From: a virus | Length of the DNA: 64,000 nt | Strand: one strand, 5' to 3' | IMG/VR virus record: IMGVR_UViG_3300023174_000096 | Span: 41,517-105,516 of that record | Made by a program: the position numbers and the translations under genes | Notes under the pieces: model-generated | Databases searched by the model: none | What the model was told of the DNA's origin: nothing | What the model saw: only the letters and a program-made list of their open reading frames with translations | In this document: positions 56,112 to 64,000 of the stretch, in pieces | Position numbering within the stretch: the stretch's first letter is position 1 | Layout: each line of letters begins with the position of its first letter

Positions 56112-56588
56112 TCATTCTTCCCACTGTTTGAGTGCGGCCAGAATGACGTTGAGGTTCTTGACCTCGACCTCTGTGAGGATCGTCTTGGTAAACTTCTTGC
56201 GAAGGCGCAAGCATCGGTCGCTGCAAATCTTGGAGCAGTACGGGCTGTTCCGGCGGGACACCTTTCGGCACTTCGGGCCGGGACACAGGTGTGCCTTGGA
56301 CTTCTCGGTGACCGGGATGTCCTTGGGGCGCTTCCCCGCCTTGGGGGCCGGGGGCTCCTCGGGAGCCGGGGGCGGCGGGGCCTTCACCTCCACACGCGGT
56401 GGTGGGGGGACGATCCGCACCACGGGCTTCTCCTCCTCGGGGAACATCGGCGGGCGATACGCGGCGTCGGGGCGAGCGAACCCACACGCGGGGCACTTGG
56501 CGATGATCTCCGGGTAGACCTTGGACGTGGGGATGTGCCGCTCGCACTTCCACATGAAGTAGTTGACCCAAGACGATGAGGTTCTCAC
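56112..56588 (-). CDS. zinc-finger protein with Pro-rich linker
   Basis: CERH..CPAC; CPGPKC..YCSKICSDRC. Confidence 0.6.
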   Translation of the reverse strand: MRTSSSWVNYFMWKCERHIPTSKVYPEIIAKCPACGFARPDAAYRPPMFPEEEKPVVRIVPPPPRVEVKAPPPPAPEEPPAPKAGKRPKDIPVTEKSKAHLCPGPKCRKVSRRNSPYCSKICSDRCLRLRKKFTKTILTEVEVKNLNVILAALKQWEE

Positions 56589-58120
56589 AGCATTCCTTCG
56601 ATCTCTTTGATGGTGTCAGCCATCTTGGCGTCGTCCTTCTTGCCCTGCACCATAGGCACCTCCTGAGAGGTGAGGATACGCCGACAACCCCATTCGACCC
56701 GCGCGAAGTGGTTCTGGAAGGGGGCTTGGTCACGAGACTTGAGGCACTGGAACAGCACCTTGTTCTGTGACCGTAGCTCGTTGTCAACGTAGCTGGCGGT
56801 CACGATGTCGGAGCTACGCTCGGCCTCGTTCGAGTAGGACAGGTGCGTGAGATTGTAGGGGCCGTTGGTGTACGTCCCGTTGGACTTCTCCGCAGCCTTC
56901 TCCGCAGCCTTGAAGCCCTCGCGGCTGATCTGGAAGAGGTTCACCACCGCCATGCCCGCGCCGCGATTGAAGTTCATCGCGAGGCGCTTGAGATCCCGCA
57001 ACACCTCGTTCAGTCGCTCGGTGGTGCTCGGCACCCACTGCCTTGGGGAGAGCAGCCCCGCGTGGTCCACGAACAGCAGGTGAAAGGGCGTCTTGCTGTA
57101 GACGAGCTCGGCCTTGGAACGGAGGTCGGCCACGTTGAAGTCGCTCTTGTCCGGGTCGCTCACCTCGATGTGGATCTTGCCATACTGCCCAGAATTGAAA
57201 TCCGGGATGACGTAGTCCATCAGGAACGCCTTCTCGTTCTCTGCGAGCTTCCCGTCGCGGATCTTGCCGTAGTCGAGCCCCGTGTTTGGGCCGGGGGACT
57301 TCTGGATGCCCAGACGGATGCGGTCGTCCCGGAACTTCCCGTGGAGGCTGTGCATCGCGTAGAGGATGCGGCGGCACTGGTTGTACGGCATCTCCAGAGA
57401 GAAGATCATGCCGTCGTACTTGTAGTAGACGGCTTGGTTGTAGAGCCAGTTGAGGGCGAGCGTGGACTTCAGACCGCCCGTGAACGCGGCGTGCGTCCAG
57501 AGCTCGTACCTCTTGGCCCCTCCCAGAGCCTCATCCATCTGCTGGATGCCCGTGAACTGCCCGATGCCCGCCAGCGGGTCGCTCTCGACCTTCTCGTACT
57601 CGCGCTTGAAGTCCTCACCGTCGCCCGTGATCTCCCCCGACAACCGCGCGCCCGTCGTGGGCATCACGATGTCGTGGGACTTGTTGACGAGGTAGTGGAC
57701 GGCGTCCACGGGGCCACGAAGATGCCGTGACTTCTTGCCCTCCTTGATCTCGACCCCGGTCTGGAGAATCTGCGCGGCTTCGCGGAGGATGTCCCCCACC
57801 ATGCGGGACCGACGCTCCTCGGCGCGCTCCTCCAGACGCTTGATGAAGTCGCCCTTGAAGATGGGCTTCAGCGGGGCGAGCACCTCCAGACGGTCGCTGA
57901 CCTCTGGGTTCTTCAGCGTCTCAAAGTGCGAACGGACCGTGCGAACGTCAGGGACGTGGTTGTGCGTCCGCGAGAAGTCGCGCACGAACTCCCACAGCAC
58001 CGTGTCCTCGGGCACGTCGAAACCCAGCCCGCTGTCCGACAGCGCGAGGTAGTTGCGAAAAGCGAGCTCGGGGTCATCAGAGGGTAGCGCGACGAAGCAC
58101 GAACGGAGAAGAAACTTCAC
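56585..58120 (-). CDS. DnaB-like replicative helicase
   Basis: TGIQQMDEALGG, AFTGGLKST, FSLEM, FVDHAGL, QISREG, AERSSDIV, LKSRD. Confidence 0.85.
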   Translation of the reverse strand: MKFLLRSCFVALPSDDPELAFRNYLALSDSGLGFDVPEDTVLWEFVRDFSRTHNHVPDVRTVRSHFETLKNPEVSDRLEVLAPLKPIFKGDFIKRLEERAEERRSRMVGDILREAAQILQTGVEIKEGKKSRHLRGPVDAVHYLVNKSHDIVMPTTGARLSGEITGDGEDFKREYEKVESDPLAGIGQFTGIQQMDEALGGAKRYELWTHAAFTGGLKSTLALNWLYNQAVYYKYDGMIFSLEMPYNQCRRILYAMHSLHGKFRDDRIRLGIQKSPGPNTGLDYGKIRDGKLAENEKAFLMDYVIPDFNSGQYGKIHIEVSDPDKSDFNVADLRSKAELVYSKTPFHLLFVDHAGLLSPRQWVPSTTERLNEVLRDLKRLAMNFNRGAGMAVVNLFQISREGFKAAEKAAEKSNGTYTNGPYNLTHLSYSNEAERSSDIVTASYVDNELRSQNKVLFQCLKSRDQAPFQNHFARVEWGCRRILTSQEVPMVQGKKDDAKMADTIKEIEGML

Positions 58121-58926
58121 TTGCCAAACCCCTTCCCGGTACGCTTCTTGGGCTCAGGCGCGGCGCGCTCGATGCGGGTGGTGTTCCCAACGGACGCCCC
58201 CGGTGACGAGTACCCCGCCGACAGGGTCAGTGCCGCCGTGGTCACCTTGGGCGAGACGGGTGCCGACCCTACCATCTCGATGGCGAGCCCCTGCTGGAGC
58301 TCCCCCAGCACCACCCGCTCCCACTGTTGAATGTGATGCAGCCCGTCCTCGCTGAACGCGAGGTGTGAGGGGTCGAAGCGCCGGGTGGGCTGGTCCACCA
58401 CCCATGTGGGCTTGGCGACGTGCGCCCGATGGTAGAGGGCTTCCAAGAGGACCTCTGGCGTGGCGCTGTTGCGGGCGCTCTTCACCCCCAGACGGATCAC
58501 CAGAAGTTCGGGCGGGTCCACGAGGTCTACCAAGGTGGCCTTCTCGGTGGACACACTGGCCGCGTCGGGGTCGAGGATCTCCTTTCCGACCAACCCGATG
58601 GGCGACAACCACGCGGTCATCAGGTCACTGTCCGTGACCACCTTGAACCCCCAGTAAGGGCCAGCACGGAGGGCGACGTGACGGAGGTGGGCGCGGAGGG
58701 ATTCGTCGGGAGCCGTGATGTACAGGTCGTTGCCCGTGTGCTCCGCGAGCGGTGAGTTCTCTACCTTGGGCGCGGACGACAGGCCCGCCCAGCCCCGGTT
58801 GACGTTTCGCAGGATGTCCCGCGCGATCTGACACGGGCACGGCTTGGTGAGAGGGATACCCCGCGCGTCGGCCCCTGCGTCGAGGTACCCCCTCCCGTAG
58901 CACTTGTCGCACAGCTTGTCGGTCAC
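58117..58926 (-). CDS. DnaC/DnaI-like helicase-loader homologue, degenerate
   Basis: N-terminal CDKCYGRGY..CPC; ELLVIRLG..EALYHR..KPTWV. Located directly upstream of the helicase; no intact Walker A. Confidence 0.5.
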   Translation of the reverse strand: MTDKLCDKCYGRGYLDAGADARGIPLTKPCPCQIARDILRNVNRGWAGLSSAPKVENSPLAEHTGNDLYITAPDESLRAHLRHVALRAGPYWGFKVVTDSDLMTAWLSPIGLVGKEILDPDAASVSTEKATLVDLVDPPELLVIRLGVKSARNSATPEVLLEALYHRAHVAKPTWVVDQPTRRFDPSHLAFSEDGLHHIQQWERVVLGELQQGLAIEMVGSAPVSPKVTTAALTLSAGYSSPGASVGNTTRIERAAPEPKKRTGKGFGK

Positions 58927-61900
58927 TTGTGCCTCGCGCGGGCGTCCGAGATGAGCTCGGAGAACAGGTCGGAGAGGTCGTTCGTCGCGTCTACCATTAC
59001 GCTCGCGTCGTCTTCGCCCTTGATGCGCTTGCCCAGAACGCTCTCCACCAGCCCCATCTTCTTGGTGAGCACCTTCACCACCCGGTCGTCGATGGTCCCC
59101 TCGGTCACAAGGTGAATCGCGTAGCACCTATCGTGAGTGCTACCGATGCGGATCATCCGCCCAAGAATCTGGAGGTAGTCCCCGGCGCTCCACGGGGTGT
59201 CGTAGAAGATGAGTGCCTTGGCGGCTTGGAGGTTGATCGCTTCCGCAGCGGCGGTCGTGATGCAGCACACCGCCGCATCGCTCTTCGGGTCTTGGAAGGC
59301 GTCCTGCGAGGTCTTTCGCTCCCGCTCGTCCTCCGCGCCCGTGATCCGCACCGCCCTCACGCCCCGCTTCTTGAGGGCCGGGACCATGATGTCCACCATC
59401 TTGCGGAACCGAGAGAAGACGATCACCTTCTCGCCGTCGAGCTCGCCGCCGTCCGACACGAGGTCGAGCAGGGCGTCGAGCTTCTCGGAGTCACCGTCCA
59501 CACCGATGAGCTCCGGGTGGTTCACGATCTGCTGGCAGTAGGCGACGGCGGTGAGCTTGGTGACTTCTTTCTCCTCGGTCTGCCCGGTCTTCTCGCCCAC
59601 CAGCAGAAGGCCCTCCAGTGCCTCTTGGTACTTGGCTTCTTGCAGCTTGGTCATGCCGACCTTGACGTGACGGGTGACGAGGGGAGGAAGCTCGCTCGCA
59701 ACCTCAAACTTGGGCCGACCCAAGAAGTACGGGTCGATGCGCTTGCGGAACGCCTCGATGTCCCGCTGTCGGTACCCCACGATCACGGGCACCTGTCTCC
59801 GCGTGCCCGGGAGCACCTGCATCCGGGTGATGCAGTACTCGTTGAGGAAGTGGTTCTTGGAGCCGAAGAGCCCCGGCACCAGCACGTTGTACACGCCCCA
59901 CCCCTCGATGAGGTTGTTCTTGATGAGCGTGGCGGTCAACGCCCACGTTCGCTCTGCCTTGCTCGACAGGTACTTGCAGACCTGATGGACCTGCGTCTCG
60001 CTGTTCTTGTACGCCGCCGCCTCGTCGGTGATGATGATGTACCCCTCGCGGTCTTGCAGTTCCGCGAAGTCCTGCACCGCCGTGCGGTAGCCCATGACGA
60101 GCACCGTTGGCCCCGTCGCCGCCCAGAACGCTTCCCGCACCTTGCGGCGCTGAACGGGCGTACCGCGACTAACAAAGGGGGTGACCCCCTTGGTGAACTT
60201 GCGAAACTCGCCCGCCCACTGCTCCACCGACGACTTGCTGGTGAGGATCAGCACCTTCTGGTCGGGCGTGCGCTCCCACAGGTAGCACAGGGCCGAAATC
60301 GACTGGAGCGTGTTGTGACTGATGATTCCGTTCGACACGAAAGAGTGGTCGGGATCATCCACCTCGATGTCCACCACCTCGTCCTCGCCATCGGTCACGG
60401 TCACCACCGGGTCGTAGAAGAACCTCGCAGTGAGGATCGAGTCGAGCTCCCGGTAAGCGTCGGTGTCGGCTACCCCTACTTGCCGAGCCACGTCGAGGAG
60501 GGTCCGTAGGAAAGCATAGGTGGGGTCACGCCCCGCCGTTTCGATGTTGTTGAGAGCCTTCTCAAACGGCACTCCAAACTGCTTCAGCCCGCTGCCCTTG
60601 CGGTTGCCGTTTGCGCCCGTGCGAGCCGTGGCGCGAACGATGGCCGTGCGGAGCTCCCGCACGAGCTTCCGGGCGTGGGGCACCACGTCGAGGTTGGAGT
60701 TCGACTTCTTGGCGCACAGTTCCGCCAGAGCATCAGCCTTGCGGGGGGTGATGAACCCCACGGTGTCACGGAACTTCCGGGCATCATCACCACAGAGGGC
60801 CAAGCGCCAGTAGGTGTGGTCGCGTCCCTTGACCTTCTTGGATGACCGGGAACAGACGATCCCGAGACGGAGGAGAAGAATCTGCACCTCGCGAAGCAAG
60901 CGTTCCGACGCACTGGATACCTCCAGCACCCCGCCCGACACGGACCCTTCACCGTCGAAGAAGGCCCGGAGGAAAGCCACCACGGAATTGCTGGTGCCTT
61001 GGAAGATCGGCCACGGAATACGCTTGGACGCCGACAGTTCATAACTGACGCCCAGCCCCGTGAGATACTCGCGAAGGTACACGCTGGACACGATGATGGA
61101 CGTGTCCCGGTCTTGGTTCGCTTCATTGCCCGTCCACCCGAGCACCTTCGCGCACAGATCGCGGACGTGGTCGTGGACTTCGGAGTTCTGGTCTCGGTGC
61201 TGTGTGATGGCGAACCCCCAACGGCTCGCGGTCCAACCCTCCGCGACGACGTAGCCCAAGAGGGCTGCGAGGTCGGGCGTGAGCACACCCGGTACGCTGA
61301 ACTTGCGGGTGTTTCCCGCAAACGTGGCGGGGTCGGGCACCGGGATCGCGGGCTCTGCCATCGGAAATGCGGCACCTTGTCGGTCGATGCACAGGTGCAT
61401 CCCCAGAGAGATGTCCCCCACGGGCACGAAGCCCTCGCCCGTTTCCCGGCGGGCGTACAGAGGATGCACCACGGACCCCGTGACCTCGTACCCCCGACGG
61501 GTCACGACACGACGAGAGGGCTTCCGGCCCGACGTGTAGAAGCTCTTGACGGGAGCCCACTTCCACCCGGTCCATACGGACGTGGGTTGGGGGAGGGGGT
61601 GGAACGTGTCGGGCGGGAGGTCTCCCTTGGGTCCAAGATCACCGATCTCGATGAGCCCCCGGTCGGTGAGAACTAGAGTATCCCGCGTCACGCACTTGCC
61701 CAAGCCCGTGTCGTCACCGAGCAGGAACCGCTTCATGGCGAGGAGGTGCATGACCCCCTGCACTTGGTAGTAGCGGAGCTTCAGCGGGCGGGGCGTGCCG
61801 TCCAGCGCCGTGAAGCTGTCCCTCATGTACGGGGACGGACGAGCCTCAAGGTCCGTGCGCTCACGGATCTTCTTGAGCTTCTCGTAGGCGGGGTTGGGGG

Positions 61901-61955
61901 GGAGAGAGTCGGCGGGCGTCTCGTCAGAGGGGAGGATGTCGTCGTCGCTGGACAT
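58923..61955 (-). CDS. SNF2-family helicase containing an intein
   Basis: LRYYQ, LLGDDTGLGK|T, DEAA, LTATLIKN, KVIVFSRF, EAINLQAA, QILGRMIRIG. Confidence 0.92.
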   Translation of the reverse strand: MSSDDDILPSDETPADSLPPNPAYEKLKKIRERTDLEARPSPYMRDSFTALDGTPRPLKLRYYQVQGVMHLLAMKRFLLGDDTGLGKCVTRDTLVLTDRGLIEIGDLGPKGDLPPDTFHPLPQPTSVWTGWKWAPVKSFYTSGRKPSRRVVTRRGYEVTGSVVHPLYARRETGEGFVPVGDISLGMHLCIDRQGAAFPMAEPAIPVPDPATFAGNTRKFSVPGVLTPDLAALLGYVVAEGWTASRWGFAITQHRDQNSEVHDHVRDLCAKVLGWTGNEANQDRDTSIIVSSVYLREYLTGLGVSYELSASKRIPWPIFQGTSNSVVAFLRAFFDGEGSVSGGVLEVSSASERLLREVQILLLRLGIVCSRSSKKVKGRDHTYWRLALCGDDARKFRDTVGFITPRKADALAELCAKKSNSNLDVVPHARKLVRELRTAIVRATARTGANGNRKGSGLKQFGVPFEKALNNIETAGRDPTYAFLRTLLDVARQVGVADTDAYRELDSILTARFFYDPVVTVTDGEDEVVDIEVDDPDHSFVSNGIISHNTLQSISALCYLWERTPDQKVLILTSKSSVEQWAGEFRKFTKGVTPFVSRGTPVQRRKVREAFWAATGPTVLVMGYRTAVQDFAELQDREGYIIITDEAAAYKNSETQVHQVCKYLSSKAERTWALTATLIKNNLIEGWGVYNVLVPGLFGSKNHFLNEYCITRMQVLPGTRRQVPVIVGYRQRDIEAFRKRIDPYFLGRPKFEVASELPPLVTRHVKVGMTKLQEAKYQEALEGLLLVGEKTGQTEEKEVTKLTAVAYCQQIVNHPELIGVDGDSEKLDALLDLVSDGGELDGEKVIVFSRFRKMVDIMVPALKKRGVRAVRITGAEDERERKTSQDAFQDPKSDAAVCCITTAAAEAINLQAAKALIFYDTPWSAGDYLQILGRMIRIGSTHDRCYAIHLVTEGTIDDRVVKVLTKKMGLVESVLGKRIKGEDDASVMVDATNDLSDLFSELISDARARHK
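60312..61694 (-). mobile_element. intein (461 aa) with LAGLIDADG homing endonuclease
   Basis: Starts CVTRDTLV and ends SNGIISHN before Thr. LLGYVVAEG and FLRAFFDGEG blocks. Confidence 0.93.
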
Positions 61956-61983
61956 GGCCTCCGACGTTACGCCCGCCCACCCC

Positions 61984-64000
61984 TCACGGGTTGTACGGCG
62001 CGGGGGGGATCGCCGGATTGGGCACCGAGCGGGTGCGCCCACGGTCCATCGGGAGGCCGGGGAGACGGTAGCGGTCCACCGCCGAGTAGCCCTCACCGTA
62101 GCCCGTGGGGGAGTTGAGACCCGTGAGGACCACACCGTCGAGCGTGGTGCGGGTCTTCCCGTAGACGGCTTGAGTGAAGACGACCATCTGGATCTCGTCG
62201 CCCTCCGAGCGCGTCGTGAGGGAGGCAACCTCGTGGTAGTTCCTCACCAGCACCGCCTTGCACGCCAGCACCGCCCCCTTGAGGACGGGCTGCGACGCCG
62301 CGCCGAAGGAGTCCGCGACCCACGTCACGGGACCGCCCGGTGCGACACCTGAAAGGACGAAACCCGCGCCGCCGCCACGGAAAATGCGGAACACCTTTGA
62401 CCCGGCAGGGGTTGCGCCCGTGTACGGGATGTACTGGAGAACCGCGCCGTCCGTCATGGACAACAGTGACCCCGGCTCGCCCAAGAAGCGGTTGTACTCC
62501 GCGCCGCCCGTGGTGAGAGGGAGGGTCTCGTACACCGCCCGAAGGCTCCCTTGGTACGACCGCAGGGACGTGGCTCCGTCGCCCAAGAGGTTCTCCGCGA
62601 GGAAGTCACTGTCGGAGACGAGGATGCCCAGCGGGAGGCGTTCGGTCATTCCCGTCAGGGAGATCACCGAGTTGCCGTTGCCCGCGTTCGCCGGGATGTT
62701 CCTCCCGCCCACGAAGGGCACCGACGTGCAAGGGGGCGAGTTCCCGCTCTGGACGAAGGCCGCGTCGGAGATGTTCCCCGTGAACGACGTGGTGAACTGG
62801 AGGGAGATGGCCGCGAGGATGTTGCCGGGGGACCGCAGGGTGATGTGGACCACCGCCCCGTTGGCCGACGCCGAGAAGTAGGGAGAAAGGTTCGTGTTGC
62901 CGTTGATCAGGGAGGCGAGGTCACTCGCGTAAGCGGTGTTGTCCACAAACACACCCACGGGGGTGAGGGTCACGGAGAGGGGCATCCCTTCCGCGTACAG
63001 GGTCACGGTCAGGCTGTTCGTGGTGGCGATGTTGTAATCGAGAACTTGGAAGGTCGCCGCCCCGTAGGTACGCACGTCGGCGTAGGGGTCGGTCGCCAAG
63101 TCCGTGTTCTGGCCAGCCGTGAAGGCTCGCGGGAGCACCCGCCACGGAAGCTGAAGAGGGCCGTTGGGGATGCGCGAGTCGCCGTTGGTGTTGAGTGAGT
63201 TCGGGTCGATGTACCCACAGTCGAGGACCGTGTCGTTGTACATCTGCCCGCCGATCTTGCCCGTCCCCAGCGTGGTGTAGAAATCCATCGTGGCGAGGAC
63301 TTCCACGGCACGGGGGTTCGGGGTCTGGACTACCGACTGATTGATCGGCTCCCCGACGTAGTAGGCGCTTCCCTGCGGGATCTGCCCGTACCGAGAGCCG
63401 TAGTCCGCCGACTGCAACACACCCGTCGAAGAGGTCTGGAGGGGGTTGCCTTGATAGACGGTGCGGCTGTACACCTCGTAGGGGACCGAGCCCGAGGGAG
63501 CCGCGAACGGGAGGATCATCTCCACGCCGCCAGCGAGCTCTTGGTTCGTGGCATTGGTCACCGTCGCGCCGTTGCCCGCGTGGAACCGGGCGAGCACCCA
63601 GTTGTTCTTGTTGATGAAGCCCTCGCCGTAGCCGAAGACCACACACTCGACGACGTAATCAAAGTCGTTGAAGGTCTGCCCCGAGAGGTAGCCGGGGATG
63701 CGGGTGATGTCGAAGGCCGTGTCAGGGACGATGTAGGTGTGCGAGTCGCTCTGGTTCGTGAAGGTGTTGGCACCCCCCTGACGGATGAAGAGCGTCTGCT
63801 TGGTGGCATCCTCGCGGAGGAGGTTGACCGGGGGGTTGTTGATGGGCGTGATCCGGTCGCTGTTCTGGAACGCGCCGACGTTGCCGTTGCCCACCATCGT
63901 GGCGACGAAGTTCGACTGCTCGTACACCCCGTACAGGCGGGCGATCCCAAGGTAGGGGGGGAGCTCGATGCCCTTCAACCCCACGCCGAGGTCCGAGCTC
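61984..64000 (-). CDS. 5'-truncated large virion structural protein
   Basis: Frame runs off the window end (>666 aa). Gly/Thr/Asn-rich; shares an inserted module with other virion proteins. Confidence 0.65.
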   Translation of the reverse strand, partial: SSDLGVGLKGIELPPYLGIARLYGVYEQSNFVATMVGNGNVGAFQNSDRITPINNPPVNLLREDATKQTLFIRQGGANTFTNQSDSHTYIVPDTAFDITRIPGYLSGQTFNDFDYVVECVVFGYGEGFINKNNWVLARFHAGNGATVTNATNQELAGGVEMILPFAAPSGSVPYEVYSRTVYQGNPLQTSSTGVLQSADYGSRYGQIPQGSAYYVGEPINQSVVQTPNPRAVEVLATMDFYTTLGTGKIGGQMYNDTVLDCGYIDPNSLNTNGDSRIPNGPLQLPWRVLPRAFTAGQNTDLATDPYADVRTYGAATFQVLDYNIATTNSLTVTLYAEGMPLSVTLTPVGVFVDNTAYASDLASLINGNTNLSPYFSASANGAVVHITLRSPGNILAAISLQFTTSFTGNISDAAFVQSGNSPPCTSVPFVGGRNIPANAGNGNSVISLTGMTERLPLGILVSDSDFLAENLLGDGATSLRSYQGSLRAVYETLPLTTGGAEYNRFLGEPGSLLSMTDGAVLQYIPYTGATPAGSKVFRIFRGGGAGFVLSGVAPGGPVTWVADSFGAASQPVLKGAVLACKAVLVRNYHEVASLTTRSEGDEIQMVVFTQAVYGKTRTTLDGVVLTGLNSPTGYGEGYSAVDRYRLPGLPMDRGRTRSVPNPAIPPAPYNP

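Noticed and set aside
61956-62228. 91-aa N-terminal extension of the SNF2 ORF in the track
   Set aside because: It overlaps the upstream structural gene. ATG 61955 has a GGAGG RBS and the GGGCGTAAC motif.
1-64000. Alternative genetic code (stop-codon reassignment)
   Set aside because: Genes are full length under code 11, and TAA, TAG and TGA all terminate recognisable proteins.

Overview
This window is a 64-kb segment of a large, GC-rich tailed phage (contractile-tail, jumbo-like gene content), densely coding and mostly on the minus strand. I saw no rRNA, tRNA or CRISPR array. It contains a baseplate/tail block (gp25-like, baseplate J-like, 1890-, 1175- and 1076-aa virion proteins, a tail-collar-like protein, and truncated structural genes at both ends). 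It also contains a replication block (family A DNA polymerase, DnaB-like helicase, degenerate loader, stand-alone primase zinc finger, SNF2 helicase with a LAGLIDADG intein), nucleotide genes (dcd, tdk), PIN-PhoH, three DNA-modification candidates (MT-A70, Type IIG-like R-M fusion, ABC-ATPase/GNAT fusion) and several nucleases. The most interesting signal is a candidate virion-cargo addressing and processing system. Four dispersed, otherwise unrelated genes share a ~30-aa N-terminal leader ([20 protein letters not shown]) ending in K-x-A. Two multi-domain polyproteins (Ntn hydrolase + CCA-type nucleotidyltransferase + head-associated domain + RNase-like domain; and a zincin protease flanked by two small domains) have linkers carrying RVAxRY/F and [KR]-x-A motifs. 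All six genes carry the same upstream TW-N6-CTAT motif, or a one-mismatch variant, as the baseplate genes. Other features are a second upstream motif (GGGCGTAA) for non-structural genes, a long strand-specific RNA hairpin, a shared inserted module in four virion proteins, and apparent avoidance of CCWGG and several 6-bp palindromes. Family names are recognised by eye from motifs; no database search was run.
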